A DNA stretch of 64,000 bases, taken from positions 64,001 to 128,000 of the forward strand of contig JAHQWL010000040.1 of NCBI GenBank assembly GCA_029856155.1, in the 5' to 3' direction. Both the position numbers and the translations under genes were made by a program. Source of the DNA: Promethearchaeia archaeon. Lineage in GTDB: Archaea > Asgardarchaeota > Lokiarchaeia > Sigyniarchaeales > SOKP01. How positions within the stretch are numbered: the first letter of the stretch is position 1; each line of letters begins with the position of its first letter. The notes under the pieces were generated by a model, which worked only from the letters and a program-made list of their open reading frames with translations, was not told where the DNA came from and searched no databases. Shown here in pieces: positions 1 through 8,791 of the stretch.

Positions 1-452
1 ATTATAGAATTGTTTTAGATAGCAATTTGACGATACCACTAGAATCGAATGTAATTTCCTTTCAACCAGACATTTATCCTACAATAATTTGCATTACTGA
101 CAATGTTCCGTTTACCAAACAAAGAGATTATGAAGAAAAAGGAGTAAAAATAATTAGAGCTGGGGATGGTAAACGTGTGGATTTAATAAAGCTTTTACCG
201 ATCCTAAAAAGTTTGGGAATAAATACTATCTTACTTGAGGGTGGGGGTAATTTGAATTGGAGTTTTATACAAAATAATTTAATTGATGATATAAGGTTAA
301 CTATAGCGCCCTGGATTGTGGGTGGAAAGGAAGCAACAAGCTTGGTAGAAGGAATAGGATTTGAAGAGATAAAAAGTGCACCTAGATTCGATTTATTTGA
401 TGTTAAAATCAGAACTTATTATATTACTTTAAGTTATAAAAAGAGAAAGTGA
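1..452 (+). CDS. RibD C-terminal-type pyrimidine nucleotide reductase (archaeal riboflavin/F420 precursor pathway), 5'-truncated by window edge
   Basis: Frame open from nt 3 (YRIVLDSNLTIP); motifs ILLEGGGNLNWSF and IAPWIVGG; directly upstream of cofG/cofH. Confidence 0.85.
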   Translation, partial: YRIVLDSNLTIPLESNVISFQPDIYPTIICITDNVPFTKQRDYEEKGVKIIRAGDGKRVDLIKLLPILKSLGINTILLEGGGNLNWSFIQNNLIDDIRLTIAPWIVGGKEATSLVEGIGFEEIKSAPRFDLFDVKIRTYYITLSYKKRK

Positions 453-1573
453 TGATTGAAAAGAAAATCAAGCAGTTAATGGGTTTAACTATTAAGAAAT
501 TAAGTATTAAGGTTAAAGATATAAAAGATCAATTACCTGAAGAAGATCGTTATGTAATTACATATTCTAAAAATTTTACACTTTCTCTTTCAAATTATTG
601 TATAAATCAGTGTGGATATTGCGTTTATAATTATAAAATTCCGAAATTATGTAGCGATGACAATGTTACTTTACTTAGTAATGAATGCATTGTAAATTTA
701 ATTCAGAAAGCTCTTCAATACAATTGTAAAGAAGCTCTTATAATGTCTGGAGAATGTCCCGAAAGTTTTCTTGAAGTTAAAAAAGAACTTGAAAAAAGAA
801 ATTGTTCAAATTATATTGATCTTGTAAAAGATATTAGTAGTAATCTTCTAGATTTTAATATTTTACCCCATACAAATTTAGGATATCTAACTTATAATGA
901 ATTAAAGAATTTAAAAAAATATAATGCAAGTATGGGATTAATGCTTGAAAGTACAAGTATGAAACTCTTTGAAAAAGGCGAAGTACATGAGTATTCTCCT
1001 GGAAAACTGCCAAAAAAAAGAATAGAGCATATAAATAATGCAGGAAAATTAAAAATTCCATTTACTACAGGTTTATTATTAGGTATTGGAGAAAGTATTG
1101 AAGATATCATTGGAGATTTATACTTAATTAAGGAGATCAATGATGAATATGGGCATATACAAGAAGTAATAATTCAGAATTTCATAAATAAACAAAATAT
1201 CCCTTACCAGCCCAAAAAGTTAATTACTCTTGAAGAAATGCTTAAAATAGTAGGATTTGCTCGAATTATCTTTAAAAACGAAATGGCTATTCAAGTCCCT
1301 CCAAATCTTATAAAGGGTTTTGAAAGAGAGTTTATCGATATGGGAATTGATGATTTTGGCGGAATTTCCCCTATCACATTAGATTATATAAATCCTGACA
1401 ATCAATGGCCTCAAATAGATGAATTAGGTAAAATTTGTAAAGAGAAAGGTTATAATCTCAAAGAGAGACTTCCTATTTATAACAAGTTTATCAATAAAGA
1501 AGGTTTTTGTTCAGAAAATATTAAAAAAGTAATAGATAATATAAACTTAAATGATAAATACTCCGTTTTCTGA
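449..1573 (+). CDS. cofG: FO synthase subunit CofG (radical SAM)
   Basis: ITYSKN, CxxxCxxC (CINQCGYC), PHTNLG, SMGLMLE, IPFTTGLLLGIGE, GHIQEVIIQNF, IQVPPNL. Confidence 0.92.
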   Translation: MMIEKKIKQLMGLTIKKLSIKVKDIKDQLPEEDRYVITYSKNFTLSLSNYCINQCGYCVYNYKIPKLCSDDNVTLLSNECIVNLIQKALQYNCKEALIMSGECPESFLEVKKELEKRNCSNYIDLVKDISSNLLDFNILPHTNLGYLTYNELKNLKKYNASMGLMLESTSMKLFEKGEVHEYSPGKLPKKRIEHINNAGKLKIPFTTGLLLGIGESIEDIIGDLYLIKEINDEYGHIQEVIIQNFINKQNIPYQPKKLITLEEMLKIVGFARIIFKNEMAIQVPPNLIKGFEREFIDMGIDDFGGISPITLDYINPDNQWPQIDELGKICKEKGYNLKERLPIYNKFINKEGFCSENIKKVIDNINLNDKYSVF

Positions 1574-2681
1574 AAATATCAGTCCAAAAATAAGGAAGAT
1601 TCTAGAGAAGTCTTTAGATTCGGATGAAATAAGTTCAGCAGAAGCCTTAGAACTCTTGAAGGTAAAGGGAAAAGAGTTTTTTGCTTTACAGTATGTTGCT
1701 GATCAGATCTGCTTTGAAAAAAAGCAAAATCTTGTGACTTTTGTTATAAATAGAAATATAAATTTCACTAATATTTGTTATCAATGTTGTAAATTCTGTT
1801 CTTTTAGTTTACCAGCAATACATCCTAAAGCATTCTTACTTACTATTGATCAGATTAGAGAAAAAATAATTGAGGCTAAAAATGCAGGATGTACGGAAGT
1901 TTGTATTCAAGGTGGCATAAATCCTGACGTAAAGTTTGAATTTTATTTAGATATTCTTAAAACTGTTAAAAATATCGATCCAAAAATGCATATACATGCA
2001 TTTTCTCCACAAGAAATATTCTATATGACTAAATTGTTTGAAAATTCGATAATAGACACCCTTAGAGAATTAAAAAAAGCAGGGCTGGATTCTATTCCAG
2101 GAACAGCTGCAGAGATATTAGTTGATGAAATAAGAAAAGTAATTTGCCCAAATAAGGTTAATACTTCTCTATGGAAAGAAATTATAACTACGGCTCACAA
2201 ATTAAAGATTCCAACAACGTCTACCATAATGTATGGCCATATTGAAAGGTTAAGTGATAGAGTTAAGCATTTGGAAATATTAAGAGATATACAAAAGGAA
2301 ACTCATGGTTTCACTGAATTTGTACCATTACCATTCGTTAAAGAAAATCCGATTTTATCTCAGCTTGAAAATTTTCCTTTAAAACCAAACTATGGAATGG
2401 ATGATTTAAAACTATTTTGTGTAGCAAGATTATTCTTAAATAATTACATTGATAATATACAATGTAGTTGGGTAAAATTAGGACCAAATTTTGCGCAAGT
2501 TTCTTTAAATTACGGGGTTAATGACTTCTCTGGAACATTAATGGAAGAAAATATTTCAAAAAGTGCCGGTGCTGAATTTGGTGAGTATTTATCTCCAGAA
2601 GAAATAGTGAAAATAATAAATACCGCAGGAAAAAGACCCGCACAAAGAGATACCATATATAATATTATAAAATACTATTAA
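1551..2681 (+). CDS. cofH: FO synthase subunit CofH (radical SAM)
   Basis: VTFVINRNINFTNIC..CKFCSF, EVCIQGG, PGTAAEIL, NIQCSWVKLG, DFSGTLMEENIS. Confidence 0.92.
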   Translation: MINTPFSENISPKIRKILEKSLDSDEISSAEALELLKVKGKEFFALQYVADQICFEKKQNLVTFVINRNINFTNICYQCCKFCSFSLPAIHPKAFLLTIDQIREKIIEAKNAGCTEVCIQGGINPDVKFEFYLDILKTVKNIDPKMHIHAFSPQEIFYMTKLFENSIIDTLRELKKAGLDSIPGTAAEILVDEIRKVICPNKVNTSLWKEIITTAHKLKIPTTSTIMYGHIERLSDRVKHLEILRDIQKETHGFTEFVPLPFVKENPILSQLENFPLKPNYGMDDLKLFCVARLFLNNYIDNIQCSWVKLGPNFAQVSLNYGVNDFSGTLMEENISKSAGAEFGEYLSPEEIVKIINTAGKRPAQRDTIYNIIKYY

Positions 2682-2720
2682 GATCTTGATCTTTTTATTA
2701 ATTTATATTTGAAATTTTAA

Positions 2721-4589
2721 TTATAAATGGGGTTTTTGGGACTGAAGTAAGTCTAAAACATAACGCTGGGCAATTAGATCTGAGTTAACTTTTCCTAATA
2801 CAATACCTTCTTCCACAACAGGCATTGCTGAGATTTTATACTGTTCCAATTCACGTACTATATCTACAATTGTAAAATTTGGATGAGAAGTAATAACATC
2901 TCTAGACATTATTTTATCAAGAGTATCATTTATATTTCCGTCCGCTGTAGCTTTAGTAATATCCCAATCGGTTACAACACCTACAAGTTTACCACTCGAA
3001 AGAACAGCTATAATATCACTTGCTTCTTTAATAATCAAGGATGCGGCTTCTTGAATTGTGCTTTTAACGTCGATAGTTGGTATTGCTATCATAATATCTT
3101 TAGCTGTACGTTCTCTTTCTTTTGCTGTAAGACGTTGAAGGCTTATTTGTTCAGCAGCAGTGCAGGGTAACATATCAGAATTTTTAATTAAAATATCAAC
3201 TAATTCAATCATGTTATTATGAATTACTTTTTCTCTATATTCCTCACCTGCTAGTAAGCGTTGTTTTGATAATTCAGCAAATTCATTTGTATGATCTTTT
3301 AACCATTCTTGTACTGCTTCACGATTACCTAACATTTCTTCTGGAATTTGTAAGTGATCTGGGGTTTTTATAATATGTTCTTGGGCTGCAAATATTACTC
3401 CCCCCGAATTAACTAAATAATCATTTGCGATCATAACTCCTTTTTCTCGATATACAATCTGTTCCATTCGAATTCGGGCAGTTTTTCTGTTTGGATCAGG
3501 AGAATAAGTATTAGCTCCTTCAATAATTAATGACCATTTTCCCATTCGATCAACGGTCATCGAGGGATTTTCTGAACTTCTAACACATAAGTAATTAAAA
3601 ATTGGAGCGGCAGGAATGAAACAAAATGCATTTTCCAAGAGTAAATTATCTGCATTTGTAGAAAATTTAGTTGGGTGTTTATATCCCTCTGAGATTATTT
3701 GATTTTTAAAATATATATTAGTAACTAATTTTTTTTCTTTCCATAATTTAAATAATTCTCCAATAGGCAATCCAGATTTGTTATATAAATATCCCTCCAA
3801 ATCACTAATTCCTATAACTTTTGCTTCAGGTAATCTTTCTTTCAATATCCGGGCTGCATGTGCACCAACAGCCCCAAAGCCTTGAATCAAAATACTAAGG
3901 TCTTGTATATTAGGAATTTCCAAATTAGCAAATTGATTAAGTATTCTTAATCTTGGCATAATTTTTAACAAAGTTTGTAAAGCAATTATAACTCCTCCGG
4001 CAGCAGCCCCAATTTCATCAATACGATTCCCTCCCATATCAGCGGGTTTAGAGAGAGCATTATCTAACCCATTCTCAATAGCAATAGTCTTCATATCAGC
4101 ATCATTTGTGCCAACATCAGGTCCTGGAAGGTAAATCTCCTTATACCGTCGAATTAATTGGGCGAAACCACGAACAACTTCAGTGTGTTTTTCGGGAGAG
4201 AGGTCCCTTTCAGTCACAATTCCAGCTTTTCCGCCCCCATAGGGGAGATTAGCAGCAGCATTTTTTAATGTCATACCTCGTGCTAAATTATGGATATCAG
4301 ATGGAGTTATATTTGGTAACATCCTAATCCCCCCCATTGAAGGGCGACCTCCCGCGAGAGAATCCACGACTACATATCCTCCGATTTCAAGTGGTGAATC
4401 TTCATCCCATATACAGGCAACTAGGTGTGGACCTACTTTATCACTAATAATTCCTAAATGTGATAAAAGATGGACATCTAAATTACTAAATTCTATATAA
4501 CATTTTCCTTGATCTTTCTTAAGCCGAGCCTTAAAAGTATCTTTCGGAAGATATTCATTAAGAAATGACTCCATATTTTTTGGGATCAT
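2721..4589 (-). CDS. Glu/Leu/Phe/Val dehydrogenase family protein fused to C-terminal CBS pair
   Basis: GGIRM, LARGMTLKNAAANLPYGGGKAGI, PGPDVGT, IQGFGAVG, EGAN, DYLVNSGGV; last ~120 aa are two CBS repeats. Confidence 0.88.
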   Translation of the reverse strand: MIPKNMESFLNEYLPKDTFKARLKKDQGKCYIEFSNLDVHLLSHLGIISDKVGPHLVACIWDEDSPLEIGGYVVVDSLAGGRPSMGGIRMLPNITPSDIHNLARGMTLKNAAANLPYGGGKAGIVTERDLSPEKHTEVVRGFAQLIRRYKEIYLPGPDVGTNDADMKTIAIENGLDNALSKPADMGGNRIDEIGAAAGGVIIALQTLLKIMPRLRILNQFANLEIPNIQDLSILIQGFGAVGAHAARILKERLPEAKVIGISDLEGYLYNKSGLPIGELFKLWKEKKLVTNIYFKNQIISEGYKHPTKFSTNADNLLLENAFCFIPAAPIFNYLCVRSSENPSMTVDRMGKWSLIIEGANTYSPDPNRKTARIRMEQIVYREKGVMIANDYLVNSGGVIFAAQEHIIKTPDHLQIPEEMLGNREAVQEWLKDHTNEFAELSKQRLLAGEEYREKVIHNNMIELVDILIKNSDMLPCTAAEQISLQRLTAKERERTAKDIMIAIPTIDVKSTIQEAASLIIKEASDIIAVLSSGKLVGVVTDWDITKATADGNINDTLDKIMSRDVITSHPNFTIVDIVRELEQYKISAMPVVEEGIVLGKVNSDLIAQRYVLDLLQSQKPHL

Positions 4590-4878
4590 AATATTAAACC
4601 ATTTGAGGATGTTTAGTTCATAAGCGTATGCTATATAAGTTTATTAATTATTTAAATTTCTACTCATAAATTAATTATAAAACATATAATATTAATAAAT
4701 GGGAATCCTTAGAATTTTAAAAAGACTAATTTTGTTAATTTTAGTTCACAAATGAAATTTATTAAATTCTAATAAATAAAAACTAACAAATTTAATTCTA
4801 AATATCAAAATTTTAAAAACTAATAAAATTATTTTTTGATTAAAAATTAGAATTAATATTAAAATTATAAAGAAAGAA

Positions 4879-5178
4879 TTGGTGATTGTTATCCCGATAA
4901 CCCTAATAGCAACTGTTCGAGTGAAAAATGGAAATATGGAAAAGGCTATTGAAGCTTTAAAAGAAGTTGTACCTAAAATAAAAGAATCAGAATCAGGATG
5001 TTTACAATACATTCCTCACACAATAAAGGGAGAGGAAAACTCAATTATTTTTTATGAAGTATATGCTGATTCTGATGCATTGAAACTACATAATAAGAAT
5101 TTAGGTAAGAACATGGCAAAACTAGGTCCACTTCTAGAACCTGGAATGGACGCAAAGATATGTCATGAAATAGTTTAA
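4879..5178 (+). CDS. Antibiotic biosynthesis monooxygenase (ABM)-like small protein
   Basis: ESESGCLQYIPH..IIFYEVYADSDALKLH pattern; exact start uncertain. Confidence 0.8.
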   Translation: MVIVIPITLIATVRVKNGNMEKAIEALKEVVPKIKESESGCLQYIPHTIKGEENSIIFYEVYADSDALKLHNKNLGKNMAKLGPLLEPGMDAKICHEIV

Positions 5179-5193
5179 TAAACAATTTTTTTT

Positions 5194-6765
5194 TTATTCA
5201 TCTTGGATATAAGGTTTTCCAAAAAATAAAAAAATTTCTGCTTTTTTCAGTTCTCTACCTAAATAATTTAAATGAGATATATCTTTAGTTAAGTCATTTT
5301 GAATTATCTTTTTATTTAAAGCTTCAGCATTTTCCCCTATAAAAGTTTGAAGTAAATTGTCATCATAAGAATAGAAATGAACAAAAATTTTTTTAGAATA
5401 GTTATCTGTATAAATTCTAAAATATCCATTAGGATCGGGGATATAATCTTGTACGGTTTTATCTACTAATATCACATTAGCTTGATTTATAGTAGGTAAT
5501 TCTTGACTTGTTTTTCCTTTAGCCTTTAATATTGAGATTCCTTGGTTTATTGGGGGAGTTTTATTATGTTGGGCAATATAATTTAATTTTACACTATCTT
5601 TTAATTCTCTTACCCCTCCCATTAATTTTGCACTATGTTCAACAGTAAAAAGAATTCCCATATCTAATTCAATTGCAATACTAGCTAAAAGTCCATTAAT
5701 TCCGACAGAATCAATATCCATGAGTTCTACTACGTTTGAAATTCCAAAAAACATTGGTAATTCAAAAGGTTTATACTTATTTTCAATAACTTTCTTTTTA
5801 TATAGAAAATAAGCTTCCAAAGAGTTGCAAATTCCTGGACTAATTGGTGTTTCTAATAAAGGATCAGCTATTAATTTCTTGAATCCATTGCTAAATAATA
5901 TCTTTGTTAATTTAAATAAATTTTTAACTCGAGTCTCGGGATCTTTAGGAAAATAGGCTTCCTTAACATTTGTGGGGAGTATAACAATAGGAATGTTTTT
6001 AGGCAGATTTAACATTTCTTCATAATTGCCAAGATCTAAACTTAAAATGAGGTCAATGTTTTCATCTGCAGCAGCATTTATCTCTTCTGGGACCATTGAA
6101 TCGATACTTATCAAAACATTATATTTGGACCTTATTAATTTAATTATCTCTTTGATTCTTTCGGGTTTTGGTTTATTAGATATACATCCAATATCTATAA
6201 TATCCGCTCCAGAATTTATATAATGTTTTGTTTTTTTAAGAATATGCTCATTGTTTTTTTCAGTACAATTGACTATCTCAGCAATTATAGGGGGTGGCAT
6301 ATCCCTTCCAATTATGATATTGGGGGTTTTTTCATTAATGTAAAATGTATGAGAACCAAGTTGATTTTTAGCTAGTTCTAATTGTTCCTTTACAATATCA
6401 GTATATTCGTTTTCTCCTGAAATCTCTAATAATCTATTTGCCGGTATTGTATTAGATAAGTTGAAATTTTCTAAATTTTTTAAAGTAATAGACAAATCAG
6501 AGGCAAATTCTGGTCCCTTTCTAATATTTATAGAAAATTTTTCTTCTAAATTTGTAGAATCCCACTGGATAAAACCAGGTAATAATATCAAATCATAATT
6601 AGAAATTTCTATCTGTTCTAAAATAGTAGTTGTTATAGATTCTGTGAGAAATGCAGAAATAGATATTGGTGCTTTTATAATGTTTATCTTATGCTCTTTT
6701 ACGTGTTCAACTATCTTTTCTATTATGTCATAACTCTGTAGGCCAGTAATTATAAGAATTCTAAT
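5194..6765 (-). CDS. Dihydropteroate synthase-related protein (archaeal, C-terminal DUF4346-like region); probable ATT start
   Basis: Frame extends beyond ORF-track start (6591) to ATT at 6765 (xRILIITG...PISISAFLT...YDLILLPG); GADIIDIG, ISIDS, IADPLL, D.NGYFRI, HLNYLGRELKKAE. Confidence 0.85.
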   Translation of the reverse strand: MRILIITGLQSYDIIEKIVEHVKEHKINIIKAPISISAFLTESITTTILEQIEISNYDLILLPGFIQWDSTNLEEKFSINIRKGPEFASDLSITLKNLENFNLSNTIPANRLLEISGENEYTDIVKEQLELAKNQLGSHTFYINEKTPNIIIGRDMPPPIIAEIVNCTEKNNEHILKKTKHYINSGADIIDIGCISNKPKPERIKEIIKLIRSKYNVLISIDSMVPEEINAAADENIDLILSLDLGNYEEMLNLPKNIPIVILPTNVKEAYFPKDPETRVKNLFKLTKILFSNGFKKLIADPLLETPISPGICNSLEAYFLYKKKVIENKYKPFELPMFFGISNVVELMDIDSVGINGLLASIAIELDMGILFTVEHSAKLMGGVRELKDSVKLNYIAQHNKTPPINQGISILKAKGKTSQELPTINQANVILVDKTVQDYIPDPNGYFRIYTDNYSKKIFVHFYSYDDNLLQTFIGENAEALNKKIIQNDLTKDISHLNYLGRELKKAEIFLFFGKPYIQDE

Positions 6766-7855
6766 TTAAATCACTTATCAATTTGTCTTTTTCAAATGGA
6801 ATAAAAATATCATCTAAAATTGATCCATTAGCTTCTCTAATTTTTAAATTACTAATAATAGGTTCAAATCTACCACCCAATAATCCATTGGCTATAAAAG
6901 CTGCACCCTGAGCAGCACGTTTTGCTATTTGACTAAATGAATTCATTATTCTTACAGGAGCAACATCAATTAAACCACGAATCATTTTCTCTCGAATATA
7001 TGCTAAATTTGATCCTCGGCCCGCCAATAATACTTCTTTAATTTTTTCTTTGGATGAAAATGACGAAGATATTCCAAAAACAGCTTTTTTTACGCTTGAT
7101 AAGTAAGCTTTTAGAGCAATCTTTGTTTGTTCATCCTTCTCAGCTAAAAGTGTAATTTCTTTCAAACTCAAATCGGAATAACCAGAAATATAGGCTACTC
7201 CACCTTTATATATATTTTTTTTATGAATATTTTTAATTAGATAGGCTAATTCTCCATCAAGACTGCCACAAGCTCTAAAACCCATTATGTTACTTCCTCC
7301 AATTCCATCTATTATTTGGCCATTTTCAATTGCTAAAACTGCTGTAAATCCATAACCTATCTCCACCATAATAAAATTTGTATTTTCCGGACCAACTTTA
7401 AATCTTTCCATCTGGTCTTTAATTCCAGTAACAGCAGTGCAAATCTTATCTGCTGTACCCATATCGATTTTATTAATTTTTCGATATTTTGGAACAGTAG
7501 GTAGATGCTTAACTCCAGGTACAATGATACCAGGTATCTTTTGAGCTTTTATTAATCTTAGAACTTCACCAAGTCCAACCAATTTATCTTTTTCTTTCTG
7601 ATCAAATTTTAATAATGTAAAAAAAATATCTTGCTCTGTTAACTCTTGTACATTTTTTAAAGGAAGCCCAAACCCACTTGGAGCAACCATTAGATCAATA
7701 TTTTTTACAGAATTAATTATAGTAATAGCTTTCTGAGGATTCGCAATTAGTTCTTTAGTGGGTAAAGATGTGTCAAGAATTGTTTTATTATCCTCAATAC
7801 CGAAGAAATCCCACGATAAACTACCAGGATCTATGCCTAGAACTCGATAAATCAT
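6761..7855 (-). CDS. DUF1464 family protein (ASKHA/butyrate kinase-like, associated with C1-carrier cofactor genes)
   Basis: GIDPGS, APSGFGLP, PGVKHLPTVP.YRKINKIDMGTADK, DGIGG, LDGELAY, AAQGAAFIANGLLGG. Confidence 0.85.
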   Translation of the reverse strand: MIYRVLGIDPGSLSWDFFGIEDNKTILDTSLPTKELIANPQKAITIINSVKNIDLMVAPSGFGLPLKNVQELTEQDIFFTLLKFDQKEKDKLVGLGEVLRLIKAQKIPGIIVPGVKHLPTVPKYRKINKIDMGTADKICTAVTGIKDQMERFKVGPENTNFIMVEIGYGFTAVLAIENGQIIDGIGGSNIMGFRACGSLDGELAYLIKNIHKKNIYKGGVAYISGYSDLSLKEITLLAEKDEQTKIALKAYLSSVKKAVFGISSSFSSKEKIKEVLLAGRGSNLAYIREKMIRGLIDVAPVRIMNSFSQIAKRAAQGAAFIANGLLGGRFEPIISNLKIREANGSILDDIFIPFEKDKLISDLN

Positions 7856-8076
7856 TTCAAAGATTAAATATATTAATGCTTTTTATAAGATTCTATAATT
7901 CTTTTTATATTCTATTTTTTTTTAATAATTGCATTTAACTTTTAAAATTTTTAGAAATTAAGTTAAAACTATAAAAACTGTGAAAATTTTTAATAATTTA
8001 ATCTAAATTTGAAATCTTATACTAAGTTGTAAGAAAATAATAGGAAAAAAATTAATTATAAAAGTGGTGAAAAAAG

Positions 8077-8607
8077 ATTTTTGTTAAAGTATTTGTATGT
8101 AAAATATGTGGAGAAGCATATATTGGAGAAGAAGCCCCAAGTCGATGCCCTTTTTGTGGCGCATTTAAAAAATATTTTGTAGAATCGACAGAATATGATG
8201 ACGCTGGTGCTTGGGATGTTGAATTAAACGAAACCGATAAGACTAATGTAGAAAAAGCTTTAGAAGTCGAAATATCGAACAATATCTTTTATAAATGTGC
8301 AAGTAATAAAACTCCAGAATTAGATGGTCAAAAGATATTTAAAATCCTTGCTAAAGTGGAAGGTGAACATGCTTCTGTTTGGAAGAAAATTTTAAAGTTA
8401 GACAAAATAGAATTTCCAAAATATGACAAATGTGCGGCTAAATATAATCCAAACCTAAAGGAATCTCATAGCAGAGAGGACAGAGCAATAAAATTTTACG
8501 GGCAAGCTGCTGCTGATGCTCAAAATTCAAGAGTGAAAGAAATTTTTCAAGCTTTTGTAGAAGTCGAAACAGACCATCTTCATCTCTCTGAAGCAAGACT
8601 TAAATAA
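8077..8607 (+). CDS. Rubredoxin-ferritin (reverse rubrerythrin-like) protein; non-canonical start
   Basis: Frame open from 8071 with no ATG/GTG/TTG before 8356: VKVFVCKICGEAY..EAPSRCPFCGA, then ExxH motifs (EGEH, ETDH); GGTGA at 8066-8070. Confidence 0.85.
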   Translation: MFVKVFVCKICGEAYIGEEAPSRCPFCGAFKKYFVESTEYDDAGAWDVELNETDKTNVEKALEVEISNNIFYKCASNKTPELDGQKIFKILAKVEGEHASVWKKILKLDKIEFPKYDKCAAKYNPNLKESHSREDRAIKFYGQAAADAQNSRVKEIFQAFVEVETDHLHLSEARLK

Positions 8608-8791
8608 ATTAAGTCTTTCTATTTTTTTTTAGTTTATTAAAATTAATATTCGCTTTGGAAATTATTGTTATTAAAAATAAATTGAAAATTTAAAACGTTA
8701 GTTAGTTTAAATAAAATTAAGAGAAGATCTCTTAAATTAATAAGAGACTTAAAATTATTTATTATTAATCAGATTAAATAGGTTCAAAGTC

